Positions 38,300 to 56,313 of a DNA stretch of 64,000 bases are shown here, piece after piece (positions within the stretch are counted from its first letter, which is position 1; every line of letters begins with the position of its first letter). The position numbers were made by a program, and so were the translations under genes. This DNA is from Eledone cirrhosa (Eukaryota): NCBI GenBank assembly GCA_964016885.1, contig OZ024742.1, positions 183,644,001 through 183,708,000 on the forward strand, in the 5' to 3' direction. A model generated the notes under the pieces. It was not told the origin of the DNA. It was given only the letters and a program-made list of their open reading frames with translations, and searched no databases.

Positions 38300-41200
38300 G
38301 TTATGCTTTGGGAGTGTCATGTTGCCAATAAGAAACACACGCACCAGTTGCTTTCACTCCAATTTATTATAAATTAAATTTATAAATTTAAGAATTTATA
38401 AATTTCCGGTTGGTTGGTTGGTTCCACAACCTGACGATTGTTCATATAGTGTCAAAGTTCTTTCGTCACACATTCTGTGACCTCTTCAGTGACTTGGGAA
38501 TCTTTTCTTTTTGTGCCTCTCCTTTGTTCTGTCCTACGCCATCTTGTTTTTGTGTGTGTTGTGTGCTTAGATTGCGCATGTGTTACATTCAGGTGTCTGT
38601 GTGTGTTTATATTTGTTTATTTATTTGTTTATTTACATGTTACTGGTTGTTTGTTCTATGTGTGTGTGTGTTTTCATTTTGTCCTTAATTGTCAGTTGTG
38701 ATGTTGCTATTCCATTCATGTTTTCTATTTAATTTTGGTTGGAGTTCATTTATGTTTATTGCCTCTGTGATTTGTCTAAACATTGCGTCTTTTCTGTGTG
38801 TTGATTTTATTTTTATTTCTATGTTCTCTAATTTACCCTTATGTTCTATTTTAGCATGTTGGTGGAGTACAGATGATTCTTTTCTATCTTGAAGCTCTCG
38901 CCAGTGTTCATTTATCCGTTCTCCTATACTACGAGCTGTCTCACCTATGTACACTATATTCTTATCACTACGTTGTCATTCAGTACATCTTATGCTATAT
39001 ACTACATTTCTAGTTTTACAGTTAATATGGGGGCTTAGTTTACAGATTATACATTTCTTATCTATACAGGGAGGTCTTTGAAAAGGGTATGTATTGCTAA
39101 TAAGTGTTTTTATGGAGGTATCTGGTCTTTCTACTATCTTAATATTGAGTTTATGTTTATCTAGGGCCCTTCTAAATTTGTGAAGCTAATTCACCTCTAG
39201 GGGTTGTATTGATGAACATTACACTCTGGTATTTATTGCTATCATACCATGAGTTTATTCTATTAACCTTATTCCTAGTTCTTTCTATTCTATTCCAAAA
39301 TGTGCTCCTATACAAGGGGCAGGTCCCATTTGTATCATTATTTACCATTTTTTCCCATTTGATTCTGGCTCCTCTATATACTCTGATTTTATCTCTGATT
39401 GTAACCAGAGAACTGCATACGGTGGATGAAGTGTTGTATGTGTCTCTCTAGTTCTTTGGGGTTGCACATGCGGGACACGTTTCTCATCACCCGTACCAAA
39501 TCCGCAATCAGTATGTTGATTTTGGTGTGATCCGAAACAGCTGAGTTTCGGTGGATCAGATGTTTGGAAGTCATGGGTTTGGCATAATGGGAATGGAGGA
39601 TTTGTTTTTTGTTATTAATGGTTTCTAACCAGAGCTCTGTGTCTAGTACAGGTAATCGATGGTTGGGGTGTTTACTTGGGTAGTCTATAGTAACTCTAAT
39701 GCTCTGGTAGATGGAGTTTGCTATTTGCTGGATGCTTTCCATTGTGTTTTTCTCTAGTTCCTGACTGTTCTCTAGTGGGGGTGTCTTAACTACGATGTTT
39801 ATATCATCAACGTAGCGGGAGTACATTATCAGGGTTAAGAGGTTGCTGTCTTCTAATTGTTCTTTAAGTTTAAGTCTACTGTCCCACCATACCATGAATA
39901 GGTTAGCTATGTCACCTGCAATGCTAACACCAATAGCTGCTCCTTCCTCTTGGGCATATGTTTTTCCATTAAATTTGAACATATGTTCCTTAAGGGTTAA
40001 TATTTTACTGGCCCCCACCGCATGTGCACTCATTTTATTTAGTTCATCGTAGTTTTCGGGAGTCCGTATGGCTCTGGTCCATCCGTTCCATCTATCTGCA
40101 GGGGTTTTCTTGTCCATTGAGGTAATGGTAGGTGGTCTGCCTCTTGCTGGTTTTGTAGGGCACAGGTTGCTAAGGTCATATGTATCTAGATAATCATTAC
40201 TATAGGTAAGTTTAAGTAGGAGTCCCAGCTCACTGGTATCAATCCCACGGAATTCAACATTGCTCTCACTGATCATTTCTACGCATTTCTCCACAGCCAA
40301 ATCCACGTCAATGGATGGATATAAGGACACAACATCCATACTACATATTATACAGTTTGTTAGGTCCCTAGATTGGTTACTTTCGCTGATTCTGCTGAGG
40401 AGGTCTTCCCTGCTGTCACATATATCTGGGGACATTTCAATGATGGGGCGTATGATCAGGGAGAGGAAGGAGGAAAGTCTGTAGTTACTAGCAATGTTAG
40501 CTCCACAGACTGGCCGTGTTAGTGGTCCTGTGACAGGGTCACTGCTCGTTTTATGGTCTTTTCGAAGCCCATACAACTCTGGCACGTCATTGTTCCAGGC
40601 CTCGAAGTTGTTGGCAGTCCTTTTATTGGGCTGCATTATGTTTGTCCTCATCATCATATGGGCATTGAGTTTTTCTCCCTATCCTCATGCTCTTGTGGTG
40701 TTACTTCTCTTGTGTTAGTGATGTGGGGTTGCATTGCCTGGATATAGTTTGACAGACTGTCAACCGACATTCTGCCAGACTTGTCTGTTGGAAAGCATGC
40801 AATCTCACCATTACGCGAGCACTGCATGGGCTTACGCAAGCCATTTGCAGATTTTTCTCCCAGTTGCTGGGCCTCAATTCTATTTTGCTTCTTGCTATAC
40901 TGTTCTATAATATTTCTAAGTTTAGATCTAGCTATACTAAATTGTGCTTCTGTTTGTTCATCGACATGCGACGACAATTGCGTGCGTTTGTTAAAAGCTA
41001 AAGTCGTGGCGTGGACTCGTCGTAGGTCGAAGGACATATCGGAAGGATTATAAAAAGTAGAGTTCCAGGCTGCTGCTTTATGTGTACTATTGCTATTGTT
41101 ATTGTTAGTTGTGTTGTTTCTATTTCTATTTCCACCAGCAGCCTCATGGTTGTTTCTATGTCTCTCATTATTACACCTGTCTCTTTCCTCTGGCTCATTG

Positions 41201-42200
41201 TTATTATCTACTCTATTTTGTGTGTCTGTGTGTTCGTCCTGGTTATTTTCTCTATCAGTATCGATAGTCTCCCTTCTCCTTTCAATCCCATTACCTTCCC
41301 TTACTTCTGTGTTACTGTCATTACCTGTTTTCTGTGTCTGTGTGTTTGTTAAGATTGTGGTGGTGGTGAGAGGCATTGAATGTGTGTGTGTTGTTGTTGT
41401 TGTTTATGATGTGTGCTGTTGTTGATGTCTGTTGTTATTGTTGTCTCCGTGTATGTTATTATTGTTGTGTGTTGTTATTGTTGTTTGTGTCTGTTGTTGT
41501 TGTTTCTGAGTATGTTATTATTGTTGATGTGTGTGTTGTTGTTATCGTTGTTTGTGTATGTGTGTCTGTTGTTCTTGGGATGTGTGTTGTATGTGTGTGA
41601 GTGTGTGTGCGTATGTTGTTACTTTTGTTTTTGTTTTTGAGGCTCCAACGTAATTTTGTAAATGATTTTTCTATTTCTGACAAGCATTTTATCATATTTA
41701 CCTTATTATATGTGGCATATTTAGGTGGTAGCTGTAATACCGATAATTTATCAGAGTCGACTGTAGTGTTGCCGTATATATTTGTGTTGTTGTTGTTGAA
41801 TTCATCTATTAATGAGATGTCGGCCATGTTTATACCGTCAATCTTGTCAGGATATCTATCGCTATTCTCTAAAGTTTCTTGGTCTAGTTTCATCTGTTTG
41901 AGCCACCTTAATTTCTTGTTAAAGTGCTTCTCACATTCTTGAACACTGTACTTTTCTTCAAGACATATAAGGTTTATAAATATTAATTTTTCTCTTGGTG
42001 TGGTGATCTTAGTTATTTCTTGTATTAGGTTACGCTTATGTTTTTCTTGATGACTTAATTCTCTGTAAATCTTCTTTTTTATGTTTAGAATTAATGTTCG
42101 TTTTAGCCTATCTGCTTACTTTTTGGTAAGTTGTAATCTTCTTACATCGGTGGTGATGGTGTTGGTGTAAACTCGAGACGAGTTTACGAGTTTACACCAT
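38300..42200 (-). mobile_element. Penelope-like retroelement 2 (fragmented RT + GIY-YIG), intronic, same strand as the host gene
   Basis: ORFs 41459-41893, 40654-41376 (PTDKSG), 39389-40657 (LYGLRKDHK, MDVVSLYPSI, GAAIG, SRYVDD, LPVLD) and 38685-38954 (YIGETARS...E, GIY-YIG). Boundaries approximate. Confidence 0.88.
38451..38493 (-). ncRNA. Hammerhead ribozyme motif at the 3' end of Penelope 2
   Basis: Minus strand: gtca-CTGAAGA-ggtcaca gaatg tgtgac-GAAA-gaac-TT^tgac. Stem III is weak. A decayed inverted copy lies at ~37540-37582. Confidence 0.65.
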
Positions 42201-42297
42201 TATTGGCAACATGACCCTCCCAAAGCATAACAATATCGGTTTCAACACATGTTTTCAGATAAAGAATCTTGCTAAACAAATTCAGAAACGAAATATA

Positions 42298-43625
<1,328 letters not shown>

Positions 43626-44547
43626 ATTATATCATCACTATCTATAAATGGCAGATTGTTGTTGTTGTTGTGTGTGTGCATGTTCCATGTTTATACATTT
43701 GCACAATTTCAAACCGATTCGACTCAAAGTCTGTAAGAATGTTGTAAATGGTATAACTTATATCAACGACTATTTATTTATTTCAATCTCACCCAAAATT
43801 ACGCAAATAATCGATAAAAGTAAATATACGACGCTTTACCCCTCTAATACAATCTGATTACCTCTCTCTACTCCCCTTAAAACTCGATAAAACTACATAC
43901 ATGCTGCAACTTTCTCTTATATACGCTGAAACTTACAAACTTCCTTTAGGAACGCCAAAAAGAAGAAGCCAGAGAGAGAGAACGTTTGTTTTTGAGTATG
44001 GAACGGCCAAACATTTATTTACTTCAATGACAAAGAGAACTTATTACATTTCATACGAAACAACAATTATTTAAAAGCAACAGATAAATTTATTCAACAA
44101 CAACAAAAATAGCGATAAATCATTCTTAAAACATCTCTCAACGAACGTGGAAGAAAGAAGTATCAGTTTATTTACTATACACAATAATATCCTCTATGAG
44201 GTCACTAAACCTGCTAGAAACAGCAACTAACTCTCCCCCATATCACACCCCTCCCCACTGTCTTAAATTTAGAAAACACACATTAGACAACCACGCAGAA
44301 CAACTCCATCGCAGCTCTGTTGTTCGGCTGGCATCGTCCACGCGCGTGTTGCGCAAGTACTGTGAAACAATAAATTTCAACAGTTCTTTGCACAGAGATA
44401 ATATCCATAGGCAAAACTACAATTGTCACTGCTAGCGCAGCTCCTGCTTCGGCAGTCCAGGTCTGCAATTCATTCACCCAGTGCCTGGCAGACAAAAAAG
44501 TGCTGCCTTAAAATGGGTGGTGCAACCTAACTTTAGTAACTTACTGA

Positions 44548-44576
44548 CCCCGAGCAACGCCGGGCTTTAATGCTAG
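44548..44576 (+). mobile_element. Helitron-like 3' terminus
   Basis: cccgagcaacgccgggc...tgctag|t, matching 4542-4570. The 5' end is not identified. Confidence 0.55.
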
Positions 44577-44843
44577 TATATATATATATATATATATAAT
44601 ACATAGATATACATATATATATTATATTATATAAATATTATATAATACATATATACATACATATATATAATACACATATATATATATATATATACATACA
44701 TATATATATATATTATATATATATTATATTATATAATACACATACATACACACACATATATATATATATATGTGTATTATATAATATATATATATGTATT
44801 ATATAATATATATATGTGTATTATATAATATATATATAATATA

Positions 44844-44875
<32 letters not shown>

Positions 44876-45317
44876 GTGTGTGTATTATATAATATATATA
44901 TATATATGTATTATATATGTATATAATAAAATATATATATATCTATATCTATATGCATCATATATATATATTATATAATATCATATATAATATATATATA
45001 TATATAATACATATATATTATATACTATATATAATATATAAATATATATATATTATATATGATATACATTATATATATTATATAATATATATAGACAATA
45101 TAATATATATATAAATATATATATATATCAAATCATATAATATATCTGACGAGGACGTACTGGAAAAAAAAACACAGTACCTTCAAAATATATATAATAG
45201 AGCATATATTTTGATTATGAGAATATCTTCATTTGTTAATATTTTGAATAATATTTATATATATATATACCTATTATTTAAATCATACACATTATATATA
45301 TATATTTATATATATAT

Positions 45318-45395
<78 letters not shown>

Positions 45396-45507
45396 ATATA
45401 TATAATGTATATCATATAATATATATATATATTATATATAGTATATATTATATATATATATATATAATGTATATCATATAATATATAATATATATATATT
45501 TATATAT

Positions 45508-45547
<40 letters not shown>

Positions 45548-45685
45548 TATATTTATATATTATATATATATATATAATATAGATATATATATTTATATAT
45601 TATATATAGTATATAATATATATATATATATATATATAATATAATATATATAATAATATATATATATATATAATATATAAATATA

Positions 45686-45799
<114 letters not shown>

Positions 45800-46460
45800 A
45801 AGCGTGTGGCTGAATGGATAGAGAATTGGATTCGCAATCGTAAAGTTGTGAGTTCGATTCCTGGACCAGGCGATGCGTTATGTCTTTGAGCAGACACTTT
45901 ATTTCACGTTGCTCCTTCTACCTGGAGTTGCGACCGATAGATAGTATTAGCAATTGGAAAGACCAACGGAAACACTGTTCCCTCGGTCCGATTTGACGAA
46001 AGTCGATCGTTCCTGTATATATATATTACGTATGCCGTGGAAAGGAGAATCAATGGTCCATTCTTACACAGTTCTCAAATATATTTCAGTTGTTTTAATC
46101 TAATGTAATATTTGTATTTGTATTTAACAGTCTTTTTTTTTAAATTTACTATCTACAGTAGAAAGTCAGTTAGTAGCTAATACGAACAACCCCCTACATT
46201 TATTTCATTTTATTTTCAAAATCTCAAAAGTTTTATATTATTGTCTATCATAACTTTTTTTAATACGAACATATTTCAGCAATAACAAATTTACTTATTT
46301 AAATATAGAGGAATCTATTTCGTGAAATTTATTGAAATTACAGCAGTTGGAAGCACAGATATACGTGTTCGATAAAAATTTCAAACTATATTTTTTTAGC
46401 CATCAGAAAATAAAGGAATAAATATATTACGATACAGATACACGATGCTTATTAATCTGG

Positions 46461-46506
<46 letters not shown>

Positions 46507-46767
46507 AAAACCACCAACCCTCCATTTCAATTCTACTTTTGAAAAGCAGAAGAACTGCGAAACCGGTAAAGGAACCAAATAAATATATATTAAAAAAAAA
46601 AAAAGAGTCCAGTTGCATTTTCGATTTCATCTTTTTTCCATATATATATATATACATATTATATATATACATATTATATATATATAATATATATATAACC
46701 TGCGGACTTCGTCGAGTGGTCCAATCTGCATACTGAGGTGTTGGTATACAACCAACATATACTCAAA

Positions 46768-46816
<49 letters not shown>

Positions 46817-46821
46817 ATAAT

Positions 46822-46878
<57 letters not shown>

Positions 46879-46883
46879 ATAAT

Positions 46884-46942
<59 letters not shown>

Positions 46943-47717
46943 CATATATATATATGCAATAAAATCATGGTTTCACTGATGTGTGCATTTATCTCTCGGT
47001 TAATAATTAGTGATGAGCTGTGGCTTTACTTAGTTCGATAAACAAGCTTCATTTATTATAATAATTAATGTATAATACAGATAGATGCGTGATCTCACGC
47101 ACTTTTTGCCCCATGAAATTTTAGAACAAGTAGAAAACATTTTAGGAAATATAGCATAACATGAAGTAGAAATATAGATTAGAATACTGAAAATTATTTG
47201 TACTCCCTTCTTTGGTCAATAACTATTAATAAGAAACATAGACTTGATAATATTTACATTCTTAGTTCAGTTTCTCTTTGGTATTTATTTATTTATGAAT
47301 TTCATTACAAATTTCAATTTGCAATTTTCACATTTTGAAACAGCATTTTTGCTCTTCGATGTCGAACCTAATTACATCTGGCTGCACACATGTGTGCCAA
47401 GGTACAGAATTTAGAGAACTACTAATATAGATGTGGGAGAGACACATTAAAGATATGAGAAAGACATGTGATTTTGCATGAATTTCAACTATTGACAGTT
47501 TGTTTGGTGTGTGTATGTCTGTGTGTACGCGCGCGTATGTGTGCGTGTGTGTATCTGTGTCTGTGCGTGAATATATATGTATGCATGTGTGTAATTATAT
47601 ATACAACTCATTGTTCATATAAATATATATATATGCATACACACGAACACACACACACACAATATATATATATATATATACATATAAATATATATATACA
47701 TATAAATATATATATAC

Positions 47718-47768
<51 letters not shown>

Positions 47769-47827
47769 AACATATATATATGCATATATATATGTACATA
47801 TACATATAAATATACGTATACATACAA

Positions 47828-47871
<44 letters not shown>

Positions 47872-47927
47872 ATATATATATGCATATATATATGTACATA
47901 TACATATAAATATACGTATACATACAA

Positions 47928-47992
<65 letters not shown>

Positions 47993-48069
47993 CATACATA
48001 TATATATATATATACATACATATATATATATATATATACATACATATATATATATATATACATATATAC

Positions 48070-48232
<163 letters not shown>

Positions 48233-48292
48233 CATATATATATTTATATATATACATACATATATATATTTATATATATACATACATATATA

Positions 48293-48352
<60 letters not shown>

Positions 48353-48360
48353 CATATATA

Positions 48361-48414
<54 letters not shown>

Positions 48415-48568
48415 AAATATAATATGAATATATGTTGATATATTTATACATACATACACACATTAACACCCACTGATACATTCATTCATGTATATTTTCA
48501 TAAGTATAATGTATATATATATAAATTTATATACAAATATAAATTATACTTGTATAAATATACACATG

Positions 48569-48601
<33 letters not shown>

Positions 48602-48685
48602 TTATATATATATATGTATATATATATATATTTATATATATGTATATATATAAGAATATATATTTATATATATGTATATATATAA

Positions 48686-48732
<47 letters not shown>

Positions 48733-49363
48733 TATATACATATATATACATACGCACATATATATGTATTTATATGAATATATGTACATATATACATATT
48801 ACATAAACATATATTTATATTAAATCATATATTCATATTCATATATTCATATATTATATATATATATATATGTGTGTGTTTACTTACACACGTATATATA
48901 TATATATATACTTATCTATATATATAGCTATATATATGTGGGTATACAATATAATACATACATATATTAGCCAGTATTACTATTCCTTGCTTGATAATAT
49001 ATGACTACATAAACAGACGGACACAGACATATATACATTTGTGTATCTAAAACAATTAAACCGTGGGGAGTCCTTAATAACTATTTGAGTCATAAAAATA
49101 CTGATACAGAAATTTGAAATAATTAAATCAAAAATATTAAGTTATTCATCTCACATGACTACATAAAATACCGTGATACCCTATATTTTACAGAGGATTT
49201 TATATTTTACTCTGTATTTAACTACAGAGGAAATCTATATATCTAAACTATATAACATACATACATAAATAAAAAAAAACTTGAGTCAGTGATATGATAC
49301 GTGATGCCCCCCCCCCGCCCGCAGCCCCGACAGACACAATACATACGTATGTGTATATATATA

Positions 49364-49429
<66 letters not shown>

Positions 49430-49622
49430 TATATATGTATATGTATATATATAGTAATAATAATAAATTTGAAGACTAAAATCCAAAGAGGGCTCGATAA
49501 GGATAAATATATATCAAATATATAAGATCCCGTTAAGGGTGTAAGCAGCGATTCTTTGCTAAAATTTTTATGTTATTTTAATAAATATATATATATATAT
49601 ATATATATATGCATATATATGT

Positions 49623-49681
<59 letters not shown>

Positions 49682-49824
49682 CATATAAATATATATACAT
49701 ATGAATATATATATGTACATATACATATAAATATATATTTAAATATATATATATATACGTATACATACAAATATATATACATATATATATATATATACGT
49801 ATACATACAAATATATATATATAC

Positions 49825-49859
<35 letters not shown>

Positions 49860-49977
49860 CTTGTTTTGCAAGGTATATAAATTATACTTGTTTAAATATA
49901 CACATCTGTGTATGTATATATATATATATATACATATGTATATATATGCATATGAATATAAGTACATACATATATAT

Positions 49978-50009
<32 letters not shown>

Positions 50010-50205
50010 GCTCTGGTGCGTTATGGTCCACCTGGTTCCTTACCACACTAGATATATATAGCCTATATTATGTGTATATATATAAATATATATTATATAT
50101 ATTATATTCATATGTATTATATATGTATAATATTCATATATATTCATATGTATTATATATTATATATATATAATATATATAAATACATATCTATAGATAT
50201 ATATA

Positions 50206-50281
<76 letters not shown>

Positions 50282-50335
50282 TACGATATTAACAAATGGA
50301 AACTATATTTATAAAACCATATTTATTTAATTATA

Positions 50336-50400
50336 TACTTTATCTGATGAAAGCACACCATAATTTAACTTGGTGTCCTTGAAATATGTATAATGAAATA
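50336..50400 (+). ncRNA. Type-I hammerhead ribozyme motif
   Basis: tactttat-CTGATGA-aagcacacca [10 nt] tggtgtcctt-GAAA-tatgta-TA^atgaaata. Confidence 0.78.
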
Positions 50401-50563
50401 AATATGGTTTTATAAATATAGTTTCCATTTGTTAATATCGTATTTTTACTCCAAATATTTGTTGAGTGCTTTATATCAGTTATAAAAATATTTGCTTGTT
50501 GTATCCCAACAATTTAAATAGAACTTTTACATATATCTATATCTATATATATCTATATATATA

Positions 50564-50621
<58 letters not shown>

Positions 50622-50684
50622 TCATATAAATATATGGATGTATATATATATATATATATATACATTCATATAAATATATGGATG

Positions 50685-50746
<62 letters not shown>

Positions 50747-50780
50747 ATATATATATATAATATATATATATATATATAAT

Positions 50781-50828
<48 letters not shown>

Positions 50829-50995
50829 CATTCATATATATATATGAATGTATATATATATATATGAATGTATATATACATATATATATAACATAAATAT
50901 AATACAAATATATAATATATATTTATATATATATATAATATATATTTTATATATATCTATATCTACATATATCTATATATTTATATATATATATA

Positions 50996-51026
<31 letters not shown>

Positions 51027-51084
51027 CATTCATATAAATATATGGATGTATATATATATATATATACATTCATATAAATATATG

Positions 51085-51125
<41 letters not shown>

Positions 51126-51281
51126 TCATATATATATATGAATGTATATATATATATATATGAATGTATATATACATATATATATAACATAAATATAATA
51201 CAAATATATAATATATATTTATATATATATATAATATATATTTTATATATATCTATATATATATATATAATATATAATATA

Positions 51282-51353
<72 letters not shown>

Positions 51354-51678
51354 ATATAATATATATTTTATATATATATTATACATGGATATATATGTGT
51401 GTATAAATATATATATACAGCACATGGTAATGAGTATGTATTTGACGTGTAGTATAAATATTTTTTAAATTATTGCTAAGCAGTGTCTTGTTACTCTGGA
51501 GTTTCATTTACGCGAGTGAATCTCCAGAATATATATAAATATATGTATTGCGAGTTACCAGTTAAGACTAATAAAACCATGTTCAGCTAAGTACCCACGA
51601 ATTCAGACTGTAGAGTGTATGTGTACTGAAAAGATAGTGCTCGACGCCTGAGTTTACGCTGTTGCATATATATATTTT

Positions 51679-51723
<45 letters not shown>

Positions 51724-52634
51724 ATATTGTATATTTACTCCAATAATTTGTTGAGTGCTTTATATCAGTTATAAAAATATTTTGCTTGTTGTATCCCAAC
51801 AAATTAAATATAACCTCTACATATATATATATATATATTTATATATATGTATACAGTGAAGGTTTCTAATTTAAATTCCGCTCACCATACGGATGGTGAT
51901 TTGGGAAAATTGTTAGAGAGCCGGATACAATGCTTTTCAGTATCTGGTCCACTTCTTTTCGATCTCTATTCAAATCTTATCGAGGTCAACTTTGTTTTAC
52001 TTCCTTCCTGGTCGATAAGATAAAGGGATAGTAAAGTCCGGGGGCCAATGTAATCGACTTTCACCTACTCCGAAATTACTGACCTTTTGTCTAAATTAGA
52101 ATATATATATACGAATATATATATACTTTCTTCGTTTCACCTCATCGTAGTCAACATTGCCCTTCATTTTCCCCGGGGTTGATGAAATAAAGTACCAATG
52201 AGGGTCTGAGGTCAATCCATCCGACTTATATCTTTCATTCCAAATTGCTTCAGAAAACGTTAGTTATAGCGGCGAGTAGCTACCTTTCTGGAATTATTCT
52301 AAACCGTATTTAATTTCATCTTTCTATATTTTAGATTCTTCCGAGATTGATTTTGCAGGTTTGACAAAAACTATTACTCGGGATAAATTAGAGTCAATTT
52401 ACGATGTATATATCCGCCCATCCCTAAGTCATCAAGTATGAGAAACTGCAGAAAAAGTACCATGTATGATTTATGGAATTCCCCGTGATTGGTCGTGCAG
52501 AGGCCAACTTACACGGACAAGTCGGAGCCTGTACATCACAAAAAACCAACCGCATTAGACCAACATGTGCCGCATGGTACTTACTAATAAATGTGTGTAG
52601 ATATATATGTATACACACTCACACACACACACTA

Positions 52635-52734
<100 letters not shown>

Positions 52735-52740
52735 TGCACA

Positions 52741-52797
<57 letters not shown>

Positions 52798-52987
52798 GTG
52801 CCTATGTGCATATGTATATATGTAATTATGTATATATATATGTGTGTGTGTGAGTGTGTGTGTGTAATTATTTATATACATATATATATATGTACATATA
52901 TATATATATATGTACATATATGTATATATATATAAATATATATGTATACACATAAATATATATGTACATATATGTATATACATATAA

Positions 52988-53032
<45 letters not shown>

Positions 53033-53058
53033 TATACATATACAAACATACATACATG

Positions 53059-53098
<40 letters not shown>

Positions 53099-53214
53099 AA
53101 AATATACATACATGCAAATATATATATATATATATGTATATACATATATATACATACATATACATATATATACATATACACATATATATATGTGTGTGTG
53201 TGTTTGTGTATATT

Positions 53215-53372
53215 CAGGTAAAATTCCGTTATAATGAATACCATTATAAGGAATCTTTCAGTATAACGAAATGCTTGAGGTAATAATAAACAAACGCTCG
53301 ATTTGATTCGATTGATCTCGTTATAAAGAATTTTTTATACCCAGAAAATTTCGTTGTAACGGAATTTCACTG
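53215..53372. mobile_element. Tigger/pogo-type MITE
   Basis: Imperfect TIRs caggtaaaattccgttataa / ttgtaacggaatttcactg, followed by TA; non-coding. Confidence 0.6.
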
Positions 53373-53764
53373 TATATATAAATAAATCGGCCGGAGCTCA
53401 GTCATCGGGGTCCTGAGGCTTTTCATATATATATATATATATATAGTATATATAAACATATATTGGTACATACATATATAAATATATTTATATATAATTA
53501 AACATATATGTACACACACACACACGCACACACAAATATATACATACATACATATGTAAATGTATACAATATAAATACAATATACTTGGTATTTTACATT
53601 GAGCCATTTTCATACTTATAATTGGGTGTATATATATATGTATATATATATTTATATACTGGTATATATATATACTTATATATATCTGCAATTATATATA
53701 TATATACATATGTGGTTGTGTATACATACATACAAACATACATGCACACATACATATGTATGTA

Positions 53765-53823
<59 letters not shown>

Positions 53824-54122
53824 AGTATGTACACGTACATTCATATAAGTATACAGACGTACAGTAGTATGTATATATATACATACATGCGCACATATAT
53901 ATGTACGTATCGATTTATCGGTGTGTTTGTAAACAAACAAACATCCCGAATTAAGCCGTACAGTGTTTAGCAACCATCGTTGCCCTTTTGTTCAACACTG
54001 ACAATGAAACGATGTACTAGTTTCAAGCTTATTAGCTATCGTCAGCACCGTATACCTTCCTGCCAGATAATTGAACGTCTGAAAGTATATACCTTCCTTA
54101 TGCATATTAACGGCTGAGCAGC

Positions 54123-54222
<100 letters not shown>

Positions 54223-54310
54223 TAGAACACTGGAGGGTTATATCCGAAGGAATAGAATACTCAATCCATGTGACAAACTTGGTAGAAGTAGTTCCACAGC
54301 AGTTAATACA

Positions 54311-54364
54311 CCATTACCGAGCTGATGATCCGTTTGAGGTGAAACAGATTATCCTCGGAAATGG
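54311..54364 (+). ncRNA. Type-I hammerhead ribozyme motif
   Basis: ccattaccgag-CTGATGA-tccgtttgaggt-GAAA-cagatta-TC^ctcggaaatgg. Long stem I; stems II and III weak. Confidence 0.68.
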
Positions 54365-54411
54365 TGTATTAACTATTGTGGAATTACTTCTTCCTCTTCT
54401 CTCTCTCTCTC

Positions 54412-54531
<120 letters not shown>

Positions 54532-54694
54532 AATAATATATTATTTATACACTATATATAATTATAATCAGGAAAGGCCAGTAATTCATTACTACCTTAT
54601 TACCAGTAAGAAAAATAGCTCAATGTAAATACATCACATGTTTTACAGAGCAGGAATATAAATGTATATATATATATATATATATGTATATATC

Positions 54695-54765
<71 letters not shown>

Positions 54766-55958
54766 CTGTGTATGTATGTGTATATAAATATATATTGTTA
54801 AGTTAAAAACAAAAAAACAAAGTCAAAACCGAAGAATGCAGTAGAAACAGTGTTGGTATTAGGTTCAGGCTTGAGAGCTGTGTCGTGTGTGTATATATAT
54901 ATATCAAAGGGCAAAGGAGCTCTTAAGAGTCAATGGCCATCCAAAATCACCGGGAGAGATGACCCCTTAGTCTTTGTCAAGGCAGAATTCTAGAAGAGGG
55001 AAAACTCTGATATAACACCTGCAATCCTGATGGTATCCAATGATGTTGACTTGTTCTTCCTTTTGGTAAATATCATTTTGGTTAAGAGAGTGGGACTGGC
55101 TTTGTGCAGTGCCTTTGCTTCACGGCACAGGCATTGCTTTATATCTGGAGATCTCTCTGCACTTGTCGTCACATGGTACCATGGGACCAGCACTATGAGT
55201 CAATAATTGTCACAAGTGTAGTGTTTGTACCAGAGTTTTCAAGTCGCTGGCTGGACTAAAAAGTCACACTCGTTCAGCGCATCGGTAGGAGTTCTCCTAC
55301 ATGGATATAAAGTAGTGGCCGTACTCTAAAACGAGTTGGCAGCCACCATATATATAGTAATAATAATAAATTTGAAGACTAAAATCCAAAGAGGGGCTCG
55401 ATAAGGATAAATATATATCAAATATATAAGAACCGTAGAGCAAATAGTTACAGAAGACTACGTTAGGGGTGAAAGCAGCGATTCTTTGCTTAAAATTTAA
55501 TCTGTTATTTTAATAAATAAATAAATAAATAAATATATATATATATATATATGACACCCATAATTTTGATTTAGATTAAATTCATTTGATTTATCTTAAT
55601 TTTGGATATATATATATCCTGTTAACTGAGGAAATATGTGAAACATGAAATCTAATTGTAGCAAAGAAAATGATGGTTTTCATAGTCATTTAAATTGGGA
55701 CGACTGTACCTAAAATAATATATTGAATTCTGCATTTTGGGGGTTTCGTGTCGCCTTTTTTCCTTCACGAAGATCATTTTATCCGATCTCATCAACCATT
55801 ATTCATGTCATGAATGTGAGGACAACCACATTTAAAATTTGTTACACACACACACACGTATGTGTCTGAATAATGGTCTTACTATCTTAAAGCTGGTATA
55901 ATATACATATATATACATCCACACACACACACACATATATATATATATTTATATGTAT

Positions 55959-56019
<61 letters not shown>

Positions 56020-56136
56020 CGAATGAGATAGAGAGCTCGACAGAGAAGGAGATATATATATATAAATTGATATACAATATTTGAAATGTATACGTACATA
56101 TTGATATTTACATGTGTAATATACATAAATATATTC

Positions 56137-56198
<62 letters not shown>

Positions 56199-56313
56199 GG
56201 GGTGAATTGGTACTCACAGGGGAACGGATGAAGAACCCCAACGCACACACGTCGTCCGTTCCCATGTCGATTCAACTTGGATTGCCTCGGAAATATAACC
56301 TTATTATGTAACA

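Noticed and set aside
50446-51830. Local duplications among TA arrays as a functional repeat system
   Set aside because: Cannot be distinguished from slippage or assembly artefacts in low-complexity DNA without reads.
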